DNA of 28,845 nt from Chlamydiia bacterium (GCA_049314435.1 JBMOFD010000016.1:1-28845); one strand, 5' to 3'. Positions 10,224-19,361 are shown, counted from the first letter of the stretch. Numbers and translations: made by a program. Notes: generated by a model from the sequence alone, not told the origin.

Positions 10224-10269
10224 TTCCTGCTCCAGCCTACGGGGCGGTTGCTCACCGCCCGCTCCTCAC

Positions 10270-10518
10270 TTACCCGGCCTGGCCCACGACTCTCCATCGC
10301 TTTAGCTTGGAGAAAGGTCGTGTTTCCATTACCGTCACTTGACTACCTACTTCTGGCTGTTCACCTTCAACATGGGCGAACAACTTACGCTTGCGAACGA
10401 CCACCTTGTCATACTCGGGATGACGCTCACGCCGCTCCACCATCACAACAACGGTCTTGTCCATTTTATTCCCGACCACCACACCACGCAGCGCTCGGCG
10501 CTTATTACGCTCTAACAT
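10270..10518 (-). CDS. rpsQ: 30S ribosomal protein S17
   Basis: GVVV..KMDKTVVV, HP.Y.KVV, ETRPFSKLKRW; start at ATG 10518 overlapping rpmC end. Confidence 0.96.
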   Translation of the reverse strand: MLERNKRRALRGVVVGNKMDKTVVVMVERRERHPEYDKVVVRKRKLFAHVEGEQPEVGSQVTVMETRPFSKLKRWRVVGQAG

Positions 10519-10732
10519 CGCTTCCTCGCGTCTGCTGTTTTTCAGAGATGATCGTGAGTACACGGGCTCTCTGTCTTCGCACATTCCGAGCGAGTGCCGC
10601 ATTAGCCATGCGACCGTCTCTCATGCGCTGATTGCGCATCTGAAACGATTGTCTCTCCAGCGACGCAGCTAGCATCACCAGATCATCGTGACTCAGTGCA
10701 CGCAACTCTTGATTCGACTGGATTTCAGCCAT
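10505..10732 (-). CDS. rpmC: 50S ribosomal protein L29
   Basis: ELRALS..DL..., VRRQRARVLTI; position between rplP and rpsQ. Confidence 0.9.
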   Translation of the reverse strand: MAEIQSNQELRALSHDDLVMLAASLERQSFQMRNQRMRDGRMANAALARNVRRQRARVLTIISEKQQTRGSDVRA

Positions 10733-10734
10733 GA

Positions 10735-11154
10735 CTACACCTGCTCCACTCGTTCAACAAACCGCGTGGGGACACCCAGCTTCGCCGCTGCTCGGCGCAG
10801 CGCCTCTTGTGCCAACTCACGTGGCACATTTCCGACCTCAAAGAGCACGCGTCCCGGTCTAACCGGCGCGCACCAGTGGTCAGGAGCCCCTTTCCCGGAT
10901 CCCATTCGCACTTCAGCCGGTTTCTTCGTCACCACTTTGTCTGGAAAAATACGAATCCAAACTTTGCCGCGGCGATTGAAGAAGCGGTTGATCGCGATAC
11001 GGCAAGCTTCGATCTGCGCAGCAGAAATCCACCCGCGACCCAAAACCTGCATCCCGTAGTCCCCGAACTCAACAAAGCATCCTGCTTTGCTCAGTCCAGC
11101 CAGACTTCCCTTCTGCTGCTTACGGTATTTAGTTCTCTTTGGTTGAAGTGCCAT
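10735..11154 (-). CDS. rplP: 50S ribosomal protein L16
   Basis: [28 protein letters not shown]. Confidence 0.98.
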   Translation of the reverse strand: MALQPKRTKYRKQQKGSLAGLSKAGCFVEFGDYGMQVLGRGWISAAQIEACRIAINRFFNRRGKVWIRIFPDKVVTKKPAEVRMGSGKGAPDHWCAPVRPGRVLFEVGNVPRELAQEALRRAAAKLGVPTRFVERVEQV

Positions 11155-11163
11155 AACAAACCC

Positions 11164-11802
11164 CTAAGCCTTAGCAGCGTTGTCTTCGCCACGGTTGATC
11201 CAGACTTTCACGCCTATTGACCCATAGGTCGTTTCGGCGCGTCCCATCGCGTAATCAACGTCAGCTTTCAGTGTCTGCAGAGGAACACGTCCCTCCTTAT
11301 ACCACTCCGTACGCGCAATTTCTGCGCCCGCAATACGTCCAGAGATCTGTACTTTGATCCCAGCCGCACCTGCGTCCATTGCAGCCTGCATTGCCTTCTT
11401 CAGAACACGACGGAAGGGCAGACGACGCTCGAGCTGACGAGCAATACCATCCGCAACCAACTTCGCATCCGCATCAGGACGCTTGATCTCATCGATCTCC
11501 ACCCAAACTTCCTGCCCCGTCAGACTGCGGAGTTCCTGCTTGAGTAGATCGATCTCCACACCCTTCTTCCCGATCACTAGACCAGGACGAGCTGTGTGAA
11601 TTGTGACTTCAATCTTGTCCGCCATCCGGCGAATACTGAAACCACTGGTCCCTGCTGTAGCAGACTTACGCTGAAGAAACTTTCGAATCTCCAAGTCACC
11701 GCCAAGTAGACGACCAAATTCCTTCTTGTTGGCGAACCATGTGGAGCGCCACTTTCTTCTCACTACGAGGCGAAAGCCAATCGGAGAGCACTTCTGACCC
11801 AT
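11164..11802 (-). CDS. rpsC: 30S ribosomal protein S3
   Basis: MGQK..PIGFRL, ARPGLVIGKKG, GAEIARTE, GRVPLQTL. Confidence 0.98.
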   Translation of the reverse strand: MGQKCSPIGFRLVVRRKWRSTWFANKKEFGRLLGGDLEIRKFLQRKSATAGTSGFSIRRMADKIEVTIHTARPGLVIGKKGVEIDLLKQELRSLTGQEVWVEIDEIKRPDADAKLVADGIARQLERRLPFRRVLKKAMQAAMDAGAAGIKVQISGRIAGAEIARTEWYKEGRVPLQTLKADVDYAMGRAETTYGSIGVKVWINRGEDNAAKA

Positions 11803-11805
11803 GAT

Positions 11806-12147
11806 CTAAACCTCCATGCTCCCAACAACAACCGTGAAGTGGCTCGTGCGCTTAATCACTGGAACAGCACTTCCCTTACTTCTCGCTTTGGATCTCTTCA
11901 AACGAGGACCCTCATCGACTCGTACTTCTAGTACCATCAGCTCTTCACGCCGCACATCCTGGTTCTGCAGCACGTTCGCCACAGCACTCTCCAGGGTCTT
12001 CCCGATGAGCCGTCCACCTCTCAGCGAACTGAACATCAGTTGAGCACGCGCTTCTTCAAGAGGAAGACCTCGAATAAGATCCGCCGCGAGACGCGCCTTG
12101 CGCGGACTGATCCGCACGTATTTCGTTACAGCTTTACCGAATTCCAC
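11806..12147 (-). CDS. rplV: 50S ribosomal protein L22
   Basis: RISPRKARLAADLIRG, VDEGPRLKR, KRTSHFTV; GTG start. Confidence 0.97.
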   Translation of the reverse strand: MEFGKAVTKYVRISPRKARLAADLIRGLPLEEARAQLMFSSLRGGRLIGKTLESAVANVLQNQDVRREELMVLEVRVDEGPRLKRSKARSKGSAVPVIKRTSHFTVVVGSMEV

Positions 12148-12154
12148 AGCTCAC

Positions 12155-12421
12155 CTACGACTTACTTGTGGAATGGCCCTTGAACGTCCTCGTAGGAGAA
12201 AACTCTCCCAGTCGGTGTCCGACCATATTTTCAGCCACAAAGACCGTCAAAAACTTCCGGCCGTTATGCACCTCAAAGGTGTGCCCCACCATGTCAGGCA
12301 GCACCATCGAGCGGCGGCTCCAGGTACGAATCGGCCTTTTGCTGTTCGTCTCTGTGGCCTTCTCTACTTTCCGGCGCAAATGGCCGTCCACGAAGGGTCC
12401 TTTCTTCAGCGATCTCGCCAT
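12155..12421 (-). CDS. rpsS: 30S ribosomal protein S19
   Basis: [29 protein letters not shown]. Confidence 0.98.
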   Translation of the reverse strand: MARSLKKGPFVDGHLRRKVEKATETNSKRPIRTWSRRSMVLPDMVGHTFEVHNGRKFLTVFVAENMVGHRLGEFSPTRTFKGHSTSKS

Positions 12422-12423
12422 AT

Positions 12424-13266
12424 CTACTTCCTACGATCCTTAATGATGAACCGAGAAGACACCTTACGCTTGCAACGCGTACGGTAGCCCTTCGTCTGCA
12501 TCGCCCAGGGTGTCTGAGGGATGTAGCCATTATGTTTACCTTCACCACCACCATGAGGGTGGTCGACGGGGTTCATTGCCGTACCGCGCACAGTAGGACG
12601 GATACCCATCCAGCGGCGACGACCTGCCTTCCCATCACTACGGAGGTTGTGCTCGGGATTGCTCACCGACCCAAAGGTCGCTCGGCAATTCTCATGCACC
12701 ACACGCATCTCACCACTAGGCAGACGCAGTGTCACCATCCCATCAGCTTTCGCCATCAGCTGCGCGCTCTGACCAGCAGCCCGCACCATCTTGCCGCCCC
12801 GCATAGCCACCAACTCAATGTTGTGGATGGTCGAGCCCAACGGCATCAGGCGCATTTCCATGCTGCAGCCCACTTCAAAGGGAGCCTTAGGACCGGAAGA
12901 GACCTGCATCCCTACACGCAACCCTTGAGGGGCTACGATGTAGCGCTTTTCACCGTCTACATAATGAAGCAAAGCCACAAAGGCGGAGCGGTTAGGATCA
13001 TACTCGATGCTCGCTACTCTCGCTGGGATGCCTTCCTTATCTCTCTTGAAGTCCACCTCTCGGTAGAACTTACGTGCGCCACCACCGCGATGCCGAGTCG
13101 TAATACGGCCAGTGTTGTTGCGTCCGTTGCAACGGCGCTTGATCTTCAGTAGGCTAGCTTCGGGCTCGACGCAGCTACGTCGACCCTCTTTGCGCGTCAG
13201 CTCTTCACGAGCTTCCAGCAGCAAATGGCGCTGCCCAGGGGTAACAGGACGAAATTTTTTCAGCAT
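12424..13266 (-). CDS. rplB: 50S ribosomal protein L2
   Basis: [31 protein letters not shown]. Confidence 0.99.
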   Translation of the reverse strand: MLKKFRPVTPGQRHLLLEAREELTRKEGRRSCVEPEASLLKIKRRCNGRNNTGRITTRHRGGGARKFYREVDFKRDKEGIPARVASIEYDPNRSAFVALLHYVDGEKRYIVAPQGLRVGMQVSSGPKAPFEVGCSMEMRLMPLGSTIHNIELVAMRGGKMVRAAGQSAQLMAKADGMVTLRLPSGEMRVVHENCRATFGSVSNPEHNLRSDGKAGRRRWMGIRPTVRGTAMNPVDHPHGGGEGKHNGYIPQTPWAMQTKGYRTRCKRKVSSRFIIKDRRK

Positions 13267-13275
13267 GAACCCCTC

Positions 13276-13614
13276 TTACGCGTTACTCAGATCGTCCAAG
13301 ACATCGCCGGCACGGAAGGTGACGATGGCCTTCTTAAAGCCGCTCTTCATTCCTTTCCGACCACGTACACGACGCACTTTCGGCTTAGCACAGATCGTAT
13401 TCACTGCCGTGACCTTCAGTTTGCGATCCGCGTAGATCAGCTCAACTGCTTGAGCGATCTCAACTTTATTCGCATCCGTTGCCACTAGGAACACGGCCTT
13501 AGGAGCCTTGCTGCGCTGCTTTGCAGCCAATCTTGTGTTCTCATGTAGAGAACTGATGGCTACTGCCTTCTCAGTCAGGTAGAGACTTTGCACCACTTGA
13601 TAAGGACTTCTCAT
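13276..13614 (-). CDS. rplW: 50S ribosomal protein L23
   Basis: TEKA, ANKVEIAQAVE, KKAIVT; position between rplD and rplB. Confidence 0.95.
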   Translation of the reverse strand: MRSPYQVVQSLYLTEKAVAISSLHENTRLAAKQRSKAPKAVFLVATDANKVEIAQAVELIYADRKLKVTAVNTICAKPKVRRVRGRKGMKSGFKKAIVTFRAGDVLDDLSNA

Positions 13615-14315
13615 GTCGTTTCCCTCTCTTCCTGAAGCACTGCGAGCAGAGCTGCCAGAACGTCTTCCGTGATGACCACATCGTGAGCCACCATCAGATC
13701 GTAGGCATTGAGGTTTTGGAAAAGTCCAAACTCAACGCGCTGGATGTTACGGAGGCTTGCTGCCATGTTCGGGAAAGGATGCCCTGGTAGATCGAACGCC
13801 ACTTGGCCTTCATCCGTGTTGAGCCGAAGAGCCAGCCCTTCAGCTAGAAAGAGCACTCTCTTCCCTGTTAGACCACGAGCACGTAGCCACTGCGCCATCG
13901 TGCGAGTCTGAGGCGATTGCAGATCTTCCGACGCCAACACGTGGAGTCGAGCACCCTCTGCCTTCTCGCCCAACAATTGACGAACGACCGCTTGTCGCTC
14001 TCTCTTGTTGATGCGTACGTGCTGATCAAACTTTGGACGGGGCCCGAAGACGCGTCCACCACCACGATATTGGGTGGCGGCGATGCAACCTTGGCGCGCA
14101 TTCCCTGTCCCTTTTTGAGGACGAGGCTTGCGGCTTGTCGCAATGACTTCGGCGCGAGTCTTTGTATTGGCAGACCATTGACGAGCGTTTGCACGCAGCG
14201 CCACGATCACATCCTTGACCATTTGTGGGTTGGCGGCGCCCAGCAAAGTTTCCACAGGAAACTCTACGGCTCCGATCTCATTCCCTTGAATGTCGTACTT
14301 ATGAAGTGTAGCCAC
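13611..14315 (-). CDS. rplD: 50S ribosomal protein L4
   Basis: TKTRAEV, KP..QKGTGNARQG, GGG.VFGP.P; GTG start. Confidence 0.97.
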   Translation of the reverse strand: MATLHKYDIQGNEIGAVEFPVETLLGAANPQMVKDVIVALRANARQWSANTKTRAEVIATSRKPRPQKGTGNARQGCIAATQYRGGGRVFGPRPKFDQHVRINKRERQAVVRQLLGEKAEGARLHVLASEDLQSPQTRTMAQWLRARGLTGKRVLFLAEGLALRLNTDEGQVAFDLPGHPFPNMAASLRNIQRVEFGLFQNLNAYDLMVAHDVVITEDVLAALLAVLQEERETT

Positions 14316-14333
14316 TTGGGTGATTCCTCCAGC

Positions 14334-15002
14334 CTACTTCTTCAACGTTTGCTTTTTCATGGCTGTCGCCACCGTCACCGTCGCACCAATTGCGCCGGGA
14401 ACTGCTCCCCGCACGATCAACACACGACGTTCCGGATCCACCGCAACTACCCTGAGAGACATGACCGTCTTGGTCTCGTCGCCCATATGGCTAGGTCGGG
14501 GGCTCCCCGGAAAGGAGCGACCTGGAGTCGAGCGGTTACCGGTCGAACCCGCATGACGATGGAAGCCAGATCCGTGAGCCGCAGGCCCACCAGCAAATCC
14601 GTACTTCTTCATCACGCCTTGGTAACCCTTACCGCGGGAGGTAGCCGTTACGTCGACAAAGCCGACGCCATCGAACTGCTCCACACCGAGCTCCTGCCCC
14701 ACAGTAAACTGGGAGGCATCCTCCACTTTCACTTCGAAAAGTGCACGGTGGGGCGCTACATTAGCTTTTTTAAAGTGCCCAAGTAATGGCTTAGTAATGC
14801 GGCGTTCTGCTGTGCGCGGATCTTTCGTTTCGATCCGATCAAACGCCAGCTGAATCGCCTCATAGCCATCTTGATCACGACGCTTAAGCTGCGTGATCAC
14901 GTTGGGCTCGATTTGGATGACAGTGCAGGGAATCACATTCCCCTTGTCATCGAAGCGCTGGGTCATCCCGCACTTCTTGCCCTTCAATTGCTTTCTGGTC
15001 AT
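14334..15002 (-). CDS. rplC: 50S ribosomal protein L3
   Basis: GKKCGMTQ, DGYEAIQL, GKGYQGVMK, HGSGFHR, GAVPG. Confidence 0.98.
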   Translation of the reverse strand: MTRKQLKGKKCGMTQRFDDKGNVIPCTVIQIEPNVITQLKRRDQDGYEAIQLAFDRIETKDPRTAERRITKPLLGHFKKANVAPHRALFEVKVEDASQFTVGQELGVEQFDGVGFVDVTATSRGKGYQGVMKKYGFAGGPAAHGSGFHRHAGSTGNRSTPGRSFPGSPRPSHMGDETKTVMSLRVVAVDPERRVLIVRGAVPGAIGATVTVATAMKKQTLKK

Positions 15003-15042
15003 CGAGGCCTATGCTCTTTCCCACTATCCCTTAACCAACTCA

Positions 15043-15219
15043 CCTATCGTTGAATCGATAGGGAGCTCTTGACTGTGTCTTTGACACGTACGACTTCGGC
15101 CGGCTTTATATCGTTGGGATCCGATAAACACCTGGCCGCCTTCTACTCAGCGGAGCTGAGTCTACTGCAGTGAGAGATCCTGAGATCTTCTTCTGCACTA
15201 GAGGACGCCGAGCATAGCA
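15043..15219 (-). promoter_or_regulatory. Structured 5' leader of the rplC operon with a putative extended -10 promoter
   Basis: TG-C-TATGCT at 15219-15211 (minus), followed by five consecutive inverted repeats (15166-15197, 15145-15161, 15097-15138, 15075-15087, 15043-15062). Confidence 0.5.
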
Positions 15220-15385
15220 TCCGTCCGATTTGGACGCGAGTGGTTTTGTCGGTGAATCGTTCGCCAGCAAAAAGTGGGCCGACGGAGCTCTGTGATGGAG
15301 TCCATTTATCTAACCAATCTGCGCAGAGCGCCGTGGGACTTGCAGATTTTTTTGTAGATAGATGACTGCGAGAGCGGTCATCTAT

Positions 15386-17077
15386 TTAGGAAGCAGCCAA
15401 CTCGGCGGCGGCTTTCTGAGTGTACTCGCCAAGGCATATGCCGGAAGCTGTAGCGACCGAGGGGCAGCGCGACTGGCGCACCGACTGTAGAAGACGCGCC
15501 ATCGTCATCGCGGTGGCTGAGGCAAGCATCAGATTGCGGGCCCAGGGGGCGGCCAGCTGTTGCGCTACGCTTGCGCCCGCCAGAACCAGCTTTAGGAAAT
15601 CGCCCCACTGACGGGCTTGGGTTACGGCAGCCCGGGTCGAGTTGATAAGTTGCTGCTTCCGCCACACCCGCCGTTGCCTCTTGGTCACCTTGGCACTGGA
15701 TGGATCGACAGGAGCGCCTGCCAGCCGGATCTCCTTATGCGGTGATAGGCAGTTCAGCCCAACCGCAATGGCCGAACAAGCGAGGTTGGCGTCGGTCTTC
15801 ACCCATTCGATCGATCGCAGAGCTGGCCCGGCCACTGCAAGAGCTCCGTGCTTGATCAGACCTAATAGCATCGTTACACTGGCGCAGGTGACGTCCAGCA
15901 TCTGGTGCACCAGGGACACCTTACTTCTGGTAGTGCGGTGGTCTTCCCTCATCATCCGGCAGAGCTTGGGCACACCGGTCAGTAGGTCAGCCGGCGCTGT
16001 GTGCATCCCTCCTGCCATCGAGCCGGTGATCGTCCCCACTTGAGTGATCCAGCGCCCATAGATCCCGCTCATCACGCCACCTAGCCGATCCGCCAGGCTC
16101 CCCACTGTGCGCAGTACACCACTCGTCGTCTTCAGCCCCACCTCGCTCGATCCCTGCGACTCGGCCGTTCCATGGTGTGGAGCAGCCGGCTGGTTCGGTT
16201 TTCCGTTGGGCAACGAGCGACTTACGGGCTGATCGAACTTGGGCTCTTTAGCTTTCTCAACGGGCAGGTAGTCCGGAGCCAGCAGTTGATATGTTGGGGT
16301 CTGTGCCTTTAGATACAGGATCCGCAAGCTACATATGTGATACAGAGCCAGCAAAGCCGTGGTCGCTAAAGCACAGATAGCAGCGGCCCCTGCTGGAACG
16401 ACCAGCATCCCTGCTAGAGCCAGTGCCGAAAAGACGCTGAGGATAATAAATTTCTTTTGATTCCAAGAGGAGACCACTCGCTTAGCTCGTAGCATTTCCA
16501 GTTTACAGTCTCTCCAGGTCCGAGCGCCTGGATCGGACAGCCCCTTGTACATCCAATGACTGATCTTGACTGTCTTCTGTAGGCGACGTAGACGTTCTCT
16601 CTGGCAGACCGCAAGCGAAGCAAGGGCTAGTGCTACCAGGCCGGCCACTTGAAGGGCGAGTCCTACCGGACCTAAGGCAAAGGCCGCGAGGCCTATCGCG
16701 CTCGAAATACTGAACAGCACGCAGGCGCTCAATTCTAGATGGGCATTGGTCTTTTTGGATGGGGTGAGCTCTCGAGTCAGAAGCTTTTTAGCTGTAAGAT
16801 AAGCTCCGGCGGTGCTGGATATAAGATCCGTCAGGACATAGCCCGCCATCACAGAGGAGGCAAAGGCGGCAGCACCGGCAAGAGTCCCACCGATGACCCG
16901 CGCTGTTTCCCCTGCATGACTCAGCACCCAGCCTAATGCCCGGCTAAGAGTCCCGGCCAGAAAGATCACGGCCTTAGCGTTGGCCGAAGATTTCATGCCG
17001 GACTCAAAGCTCTGTAGTCCCGAGGGGGGATCCGCCCGGTAGATCAAACGGGTGGTAGCAGTAGGGCTGTTCGTCAT
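15386..17077 (-). CDS. Hypothetical multi-hydrophobic membrane protein, Inc/Cap1-like candidate effector (paralog B, 563 aa)
   Basis: Long ORF with SD GGGAGGG; alignable by eye along its length to 17368..19245; Ser/Thr-rich N-terminus; long Ala/Gly/Leu hydrophobic stretches. Confidence 0.7.
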   Translation of the reverse strand: MTNSPTATTRLIYRADPPSGLQSFESGMKSSANAKAVIFLAGTLSRALGWVLSHAGETARVIGGTLAGAAAFASSVMAGYVLTDLISSTAGAYLTAKKLLTRELTPSKKTNAHLELSACVLFSISSAIGLAAFALGPVGLALQVAGLVALALASLAVCQRERLRRLQKTVKISHWMYKGLSDPGARTWRDCKLEMLRAKRVVSSWNQKKFIILSVFSALALAGMLVVPAGAAAICALATTALLALYHICSLRILYLKAQTPTYQLLAPDYLPVEKAKEPKFDQPVSRSLPNGKPNQPAAPHHGTAESQGSSEVGLKTTSGVLRTVGSLADRLGGVMSGIYGRWITQVGTITGSMAGGMHTAPADLLTGVPKLCRMMREDHRTTRSKVSLVHQMLDVTCASVTMLLGLIKHGALAVAGPALRSIEWVKTDANLACSAIAVGLNCLSPHKEIRLAGAPVDPSSAKVTKRQRRVWRKQQLINSTRAAVTQARQWGDFLKLVLAGASVAQQLAAPWARNLMLASATAMTMARLLQSVRQSRCPSVATASGICLGEYTQKAAAELAAS

Positions 17078-17161
17078 CCTGTCCCTCCCGGTCTAGGATT
17101 GAATTAAACTATTTAATCACCTTTTTCTATGAGACACCGACTACCTTCTACTTTCAATACG

Positions 17162-17198
17162 ATTATATCATATTGTAAACATTTAATGAAGTTGTCAA
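17162..17198 (-). promoter_or_regulatory. sigma66-type promoter for paralog B in an AT-rich island
   Basis: Minus strand TG-A-TATAAT (perfect extended -10, TATAAT at 17167-17162), TTCATT 17 bp upstream, and an additional TTGACA at 17198-17193. Confidence 0.6.
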
Positions 17199-17282
17199 AC
17201 TAAACTAGCATATACTATATTTTTTACTTTATAAAGACGAAAGGGGGCTCTTGGTGAGGGAAGAACCAAGACGATCGAGGGG

Positions 17283-17335
17283 AAAAAAGACGCACCTCAA
17301 TCATTCCCTCCGAAAGATGGACGATTGAGGTGCGT
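17283..17335 (-). terminator. Intrinsic terminator between the two paralogs
   Basis: 13-bp perfect arms ACGCACCTCAATC (17290-17302) / GATTGAGGTGCGT (17323-17335), followed on the minus strand by CTTTTTT. Confidence 0.8.
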
Positions 17336-17367
17336 TGCAAGAGCTAGGAGATACTCCAACTCCGACG

Positions 17368-19245
17368 TTAGGCGATGATTCGACCTTTCACTTCATCAGC
17401 TGGCATACGCTGCTGGCGGATGAACTGAAGTAGGCGTGCATAGGTCATACCAAGGCCAGCCACAATCATGGTGAGTCGAACACCGAGCAGTAGACCGGAG
17501 AAGTTCTTAAGACCGGCGCTGAATACGTTCACAAACCCGGAGCCAGCAAGCAGCAGCTTCCAGTTATCGCCTGCTACAGTAGCGGTCGTCACAGAGGCGC
17601 GTGCTTTATTGAGCGCGGTTTGCCTGTTGTCCGCACCGCGAACGCGGGCTTTAGCCCGTTTCACATCATTTTTAGCCTTCTTCACACCCTCGTTAAGCTG
17701 AGCAATGCGCTCGTTCGCCTCAGCCTGATCGTCTACTGGTCCAGCGCCTGGTTCGCCCGGCACCTTATCAAACAGACCCGCTATGTCCTCGAGCCCTTGA
17801 GCGTCCTGTAATGCCAAGGTCGCCTGTTCCAACGCCGTTTTGGTCGATACCGTCGCTCTCAGACAAACCGCCTTAGGCGTAGCATAGAAGTTGCGTCCTA
17901 CCTGGATCGCTGCGGCAGCCAGATCAGACCCACCCTTTACGATCTCCATCCCTCGGAAGATCGGAGCGGTTACAGCAAAGACTCCAGCTTTGACCAATCC
18001 CATGGCAACTGCAGAGCCATCGGTCATCACCTTCAAAGTCTGGTGTGTTGCATCTACCTTGTGTTCCTTTAGCACCTTGCCACTGGTCAGTGTCCCAACA
18101 AGCTTAGTACTATTTACTAGCAACTCAGCCGGAGCCGGGTTCATCCTACCGGCGATTGAACCGAAGGACTTACTGATGTCACTAGCCAACTTCTGGTAGG
18201 TCCCCGTGACAGCGCGGCTGACTTCATATGCTATGCTGCCCACTGTGCCAATGATGCCACGATCGGTCTTCATACCGGCTGCGGTATTGCCCTGGTGCAA
18301 ACCAAGACCGTTGTTGAACGCGACAAATCTAGAACCCTCTTTTTTAGCGCGAGCTGGATGCGCAGTGACACCACCGTCACCTACCTGTGGCCAACCGGCA
18401 AGAACCTGCTCCTTCGTCACCTGGAGGCAATCGCGATCCACTTGCACGTGCTCCGTCTTCGCACTTGTTCTGTTCAGATACTGAATACCAAGACCTAGGG
18501 CAAAGAATCCGGCGAGCAAAGGACCCGCTACGGCAGATGCTGTACCAGCCACTACGGGCATGGCCAGCTTAGCCGCCAACACAGCTACACCATGTCCGCC
18601 AAGCATCAAGAAGCGCCACTTGCCGAGGCTCGAGGACTGCGCCTTCACGTCCAGCTTCGCGATCTTGCGATCGCGCTCTCCAGCATCGCCGACCGGGTTC
18701 TGCCCATACTTGAGGTCAGTGGCCTTCGCGTATTTATGAACCTGACGTTGATATTCGAGTCCAACCAGCGCAAAGGCGCCCAGCACAAGGGCTACAAGAG
18801 CCGCCACCTCAATGCCGACCGCTACAGAACCCAGAAGGAACGCAGCCGCGCCCACTCCCTCGGCAAAGGCAAGCGCCCCGTTAGCCGCGGCGGCGACCCA
18901 GGCAGCGATCTTCTTCTCATCTGACTTGCCCTCAAGGCGACCCGATAGAACCTTATGACCTGCCACCATCGCACTCGCTGCGGAGCCCAGGAAGTCAGTC
19001 AGTGCATAGCCAGCTGTCACGCTGCCCATAAAACCGGCAGCACAGCGGAGAGAGCCGCCAATCGCTTTGCCCGTTTGTCCAGCTGCCTGGAGAGCCCAGC
19101 TAGAAGCTTTGAAGAGTTCGCCTGCGAGGTGGAATACGGCTTTGTTGTTGTCAGACTCTCTCATGGTGGCTTCAAATGCCTTCAGCCCACGTGGGACTTC
19201 GACATCGAGCACAACCTGGGGTCTAGCGGCGTTGACGTTGTTCAT
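17368..19245 (-). CDS. Hypothetical multi-hydrophobic membrane protein, Inc/Cap1-like candidate effector (paralog A, 625 aa)
   Basis: Long ORF; N-terminus MNNVNAARP; hydrophobic blocks near aa 113-163, 212-257, 406-450 and 562-608; coiled-coil-like insert near aa 470-550. Confidence 0.7.
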   Translation of the reverse strand: MNNVNAARPQVVLDVEVPRGLKAFEATMRESDNNKAVFHLAGELFKASSWALQAAGQTGKAIGGSLRCAAGFMGSVTAGYALTDFLGSAASAMVAGHKVLSGRLEGKSDEKKIAAWVAAAANGALAFAEGVGAAAFLLGSVAVGIEVAALVALVLGAFALVGLEYQRQVHKYAKATDLKYGQNPVGDAGERDRKIAKLDVKAQSSSLGKWRFLMLGGHGVAVLAAKLAMPVVAGTASAVAGPLLAGFFALGLGIQYLNRTSAKTEHVQVDRDCLQVTKEQVLAGWPQVGDGGVTAHPARAKKEGSRFVAFNNGLGLHQGNTAAGMKTDRGIIGTVGSIAYEVSRAVTGTYQKLASDISKSFGSIAGRMNPAPAELLVNSTKLVGTLTSGKVLKEHKVDATHQTLKVMTDGSAVAMGLVKAGVFAVTAPIFRGMEIVKGGSDLAAAAIQVGRNFYATPKAVCLRATVSTKTALEQATLALQDAQGLEDIAGLFDKVPGEPGAGPVDDQAEANERIAQLNEGVKKAKNDVKRAKARVRGADNRQTALNKARASVTTATVAGDNWKLLLAGSGFVNVFSAGLKNFSGLLLGVRLTMIVAGLGMTYARLLQFIRQQRMPADEVKGRIIA

Positions 19246-19344
19246 ATGCTGCGCTCACTTCCAGAAGGGGTCATCGTTGGATTCGTCCAATAGGACAATC
19301 CATGACCCTATGTTCGTGTCTATTGTCGCATAGGATAAATAATT

Positions 19345-19361
19345 CGCAAAGACTGTGCCAA
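19345..19361 (-). promoter_or_regulatory. sigma54 (RpoN) -24/-12 promoter for paralog A
   Basis: Minus strand TTGGCAC-AGTCT-TTGCG matches TGGCAC-N5-TTGC with exact spacing, about 100 nt upstream of the ATG, preceded by an AT-rich tract. Confidence 0.7.

Noticed and set aside
13917..14786. Long plus-strand ORFs (289 aa here; also 12532..13152 and 21826..22425) and minus-strand 27647..28258
   Set aside because: Antisense shadows of rplD/rplC, rplB, hisS and dnaE in GC-rich sequence; no independent motifs
4917..15385. Absence of rpsJ, rpsN, rpmD, adk, map, infA, rpmJ (and of rpsD before rpoA) from the ribosomal cluster
   Set aside because: This matches the usual chlamydial arrangement as I recall it; not a novelty of this genome
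17096..17240. AT-rich patch as replication origin or horizontal-transfer scar
   Set aside because: No DnaA-box cluster, direct repeats or mobile genes seen; adequately explained as a promoter region
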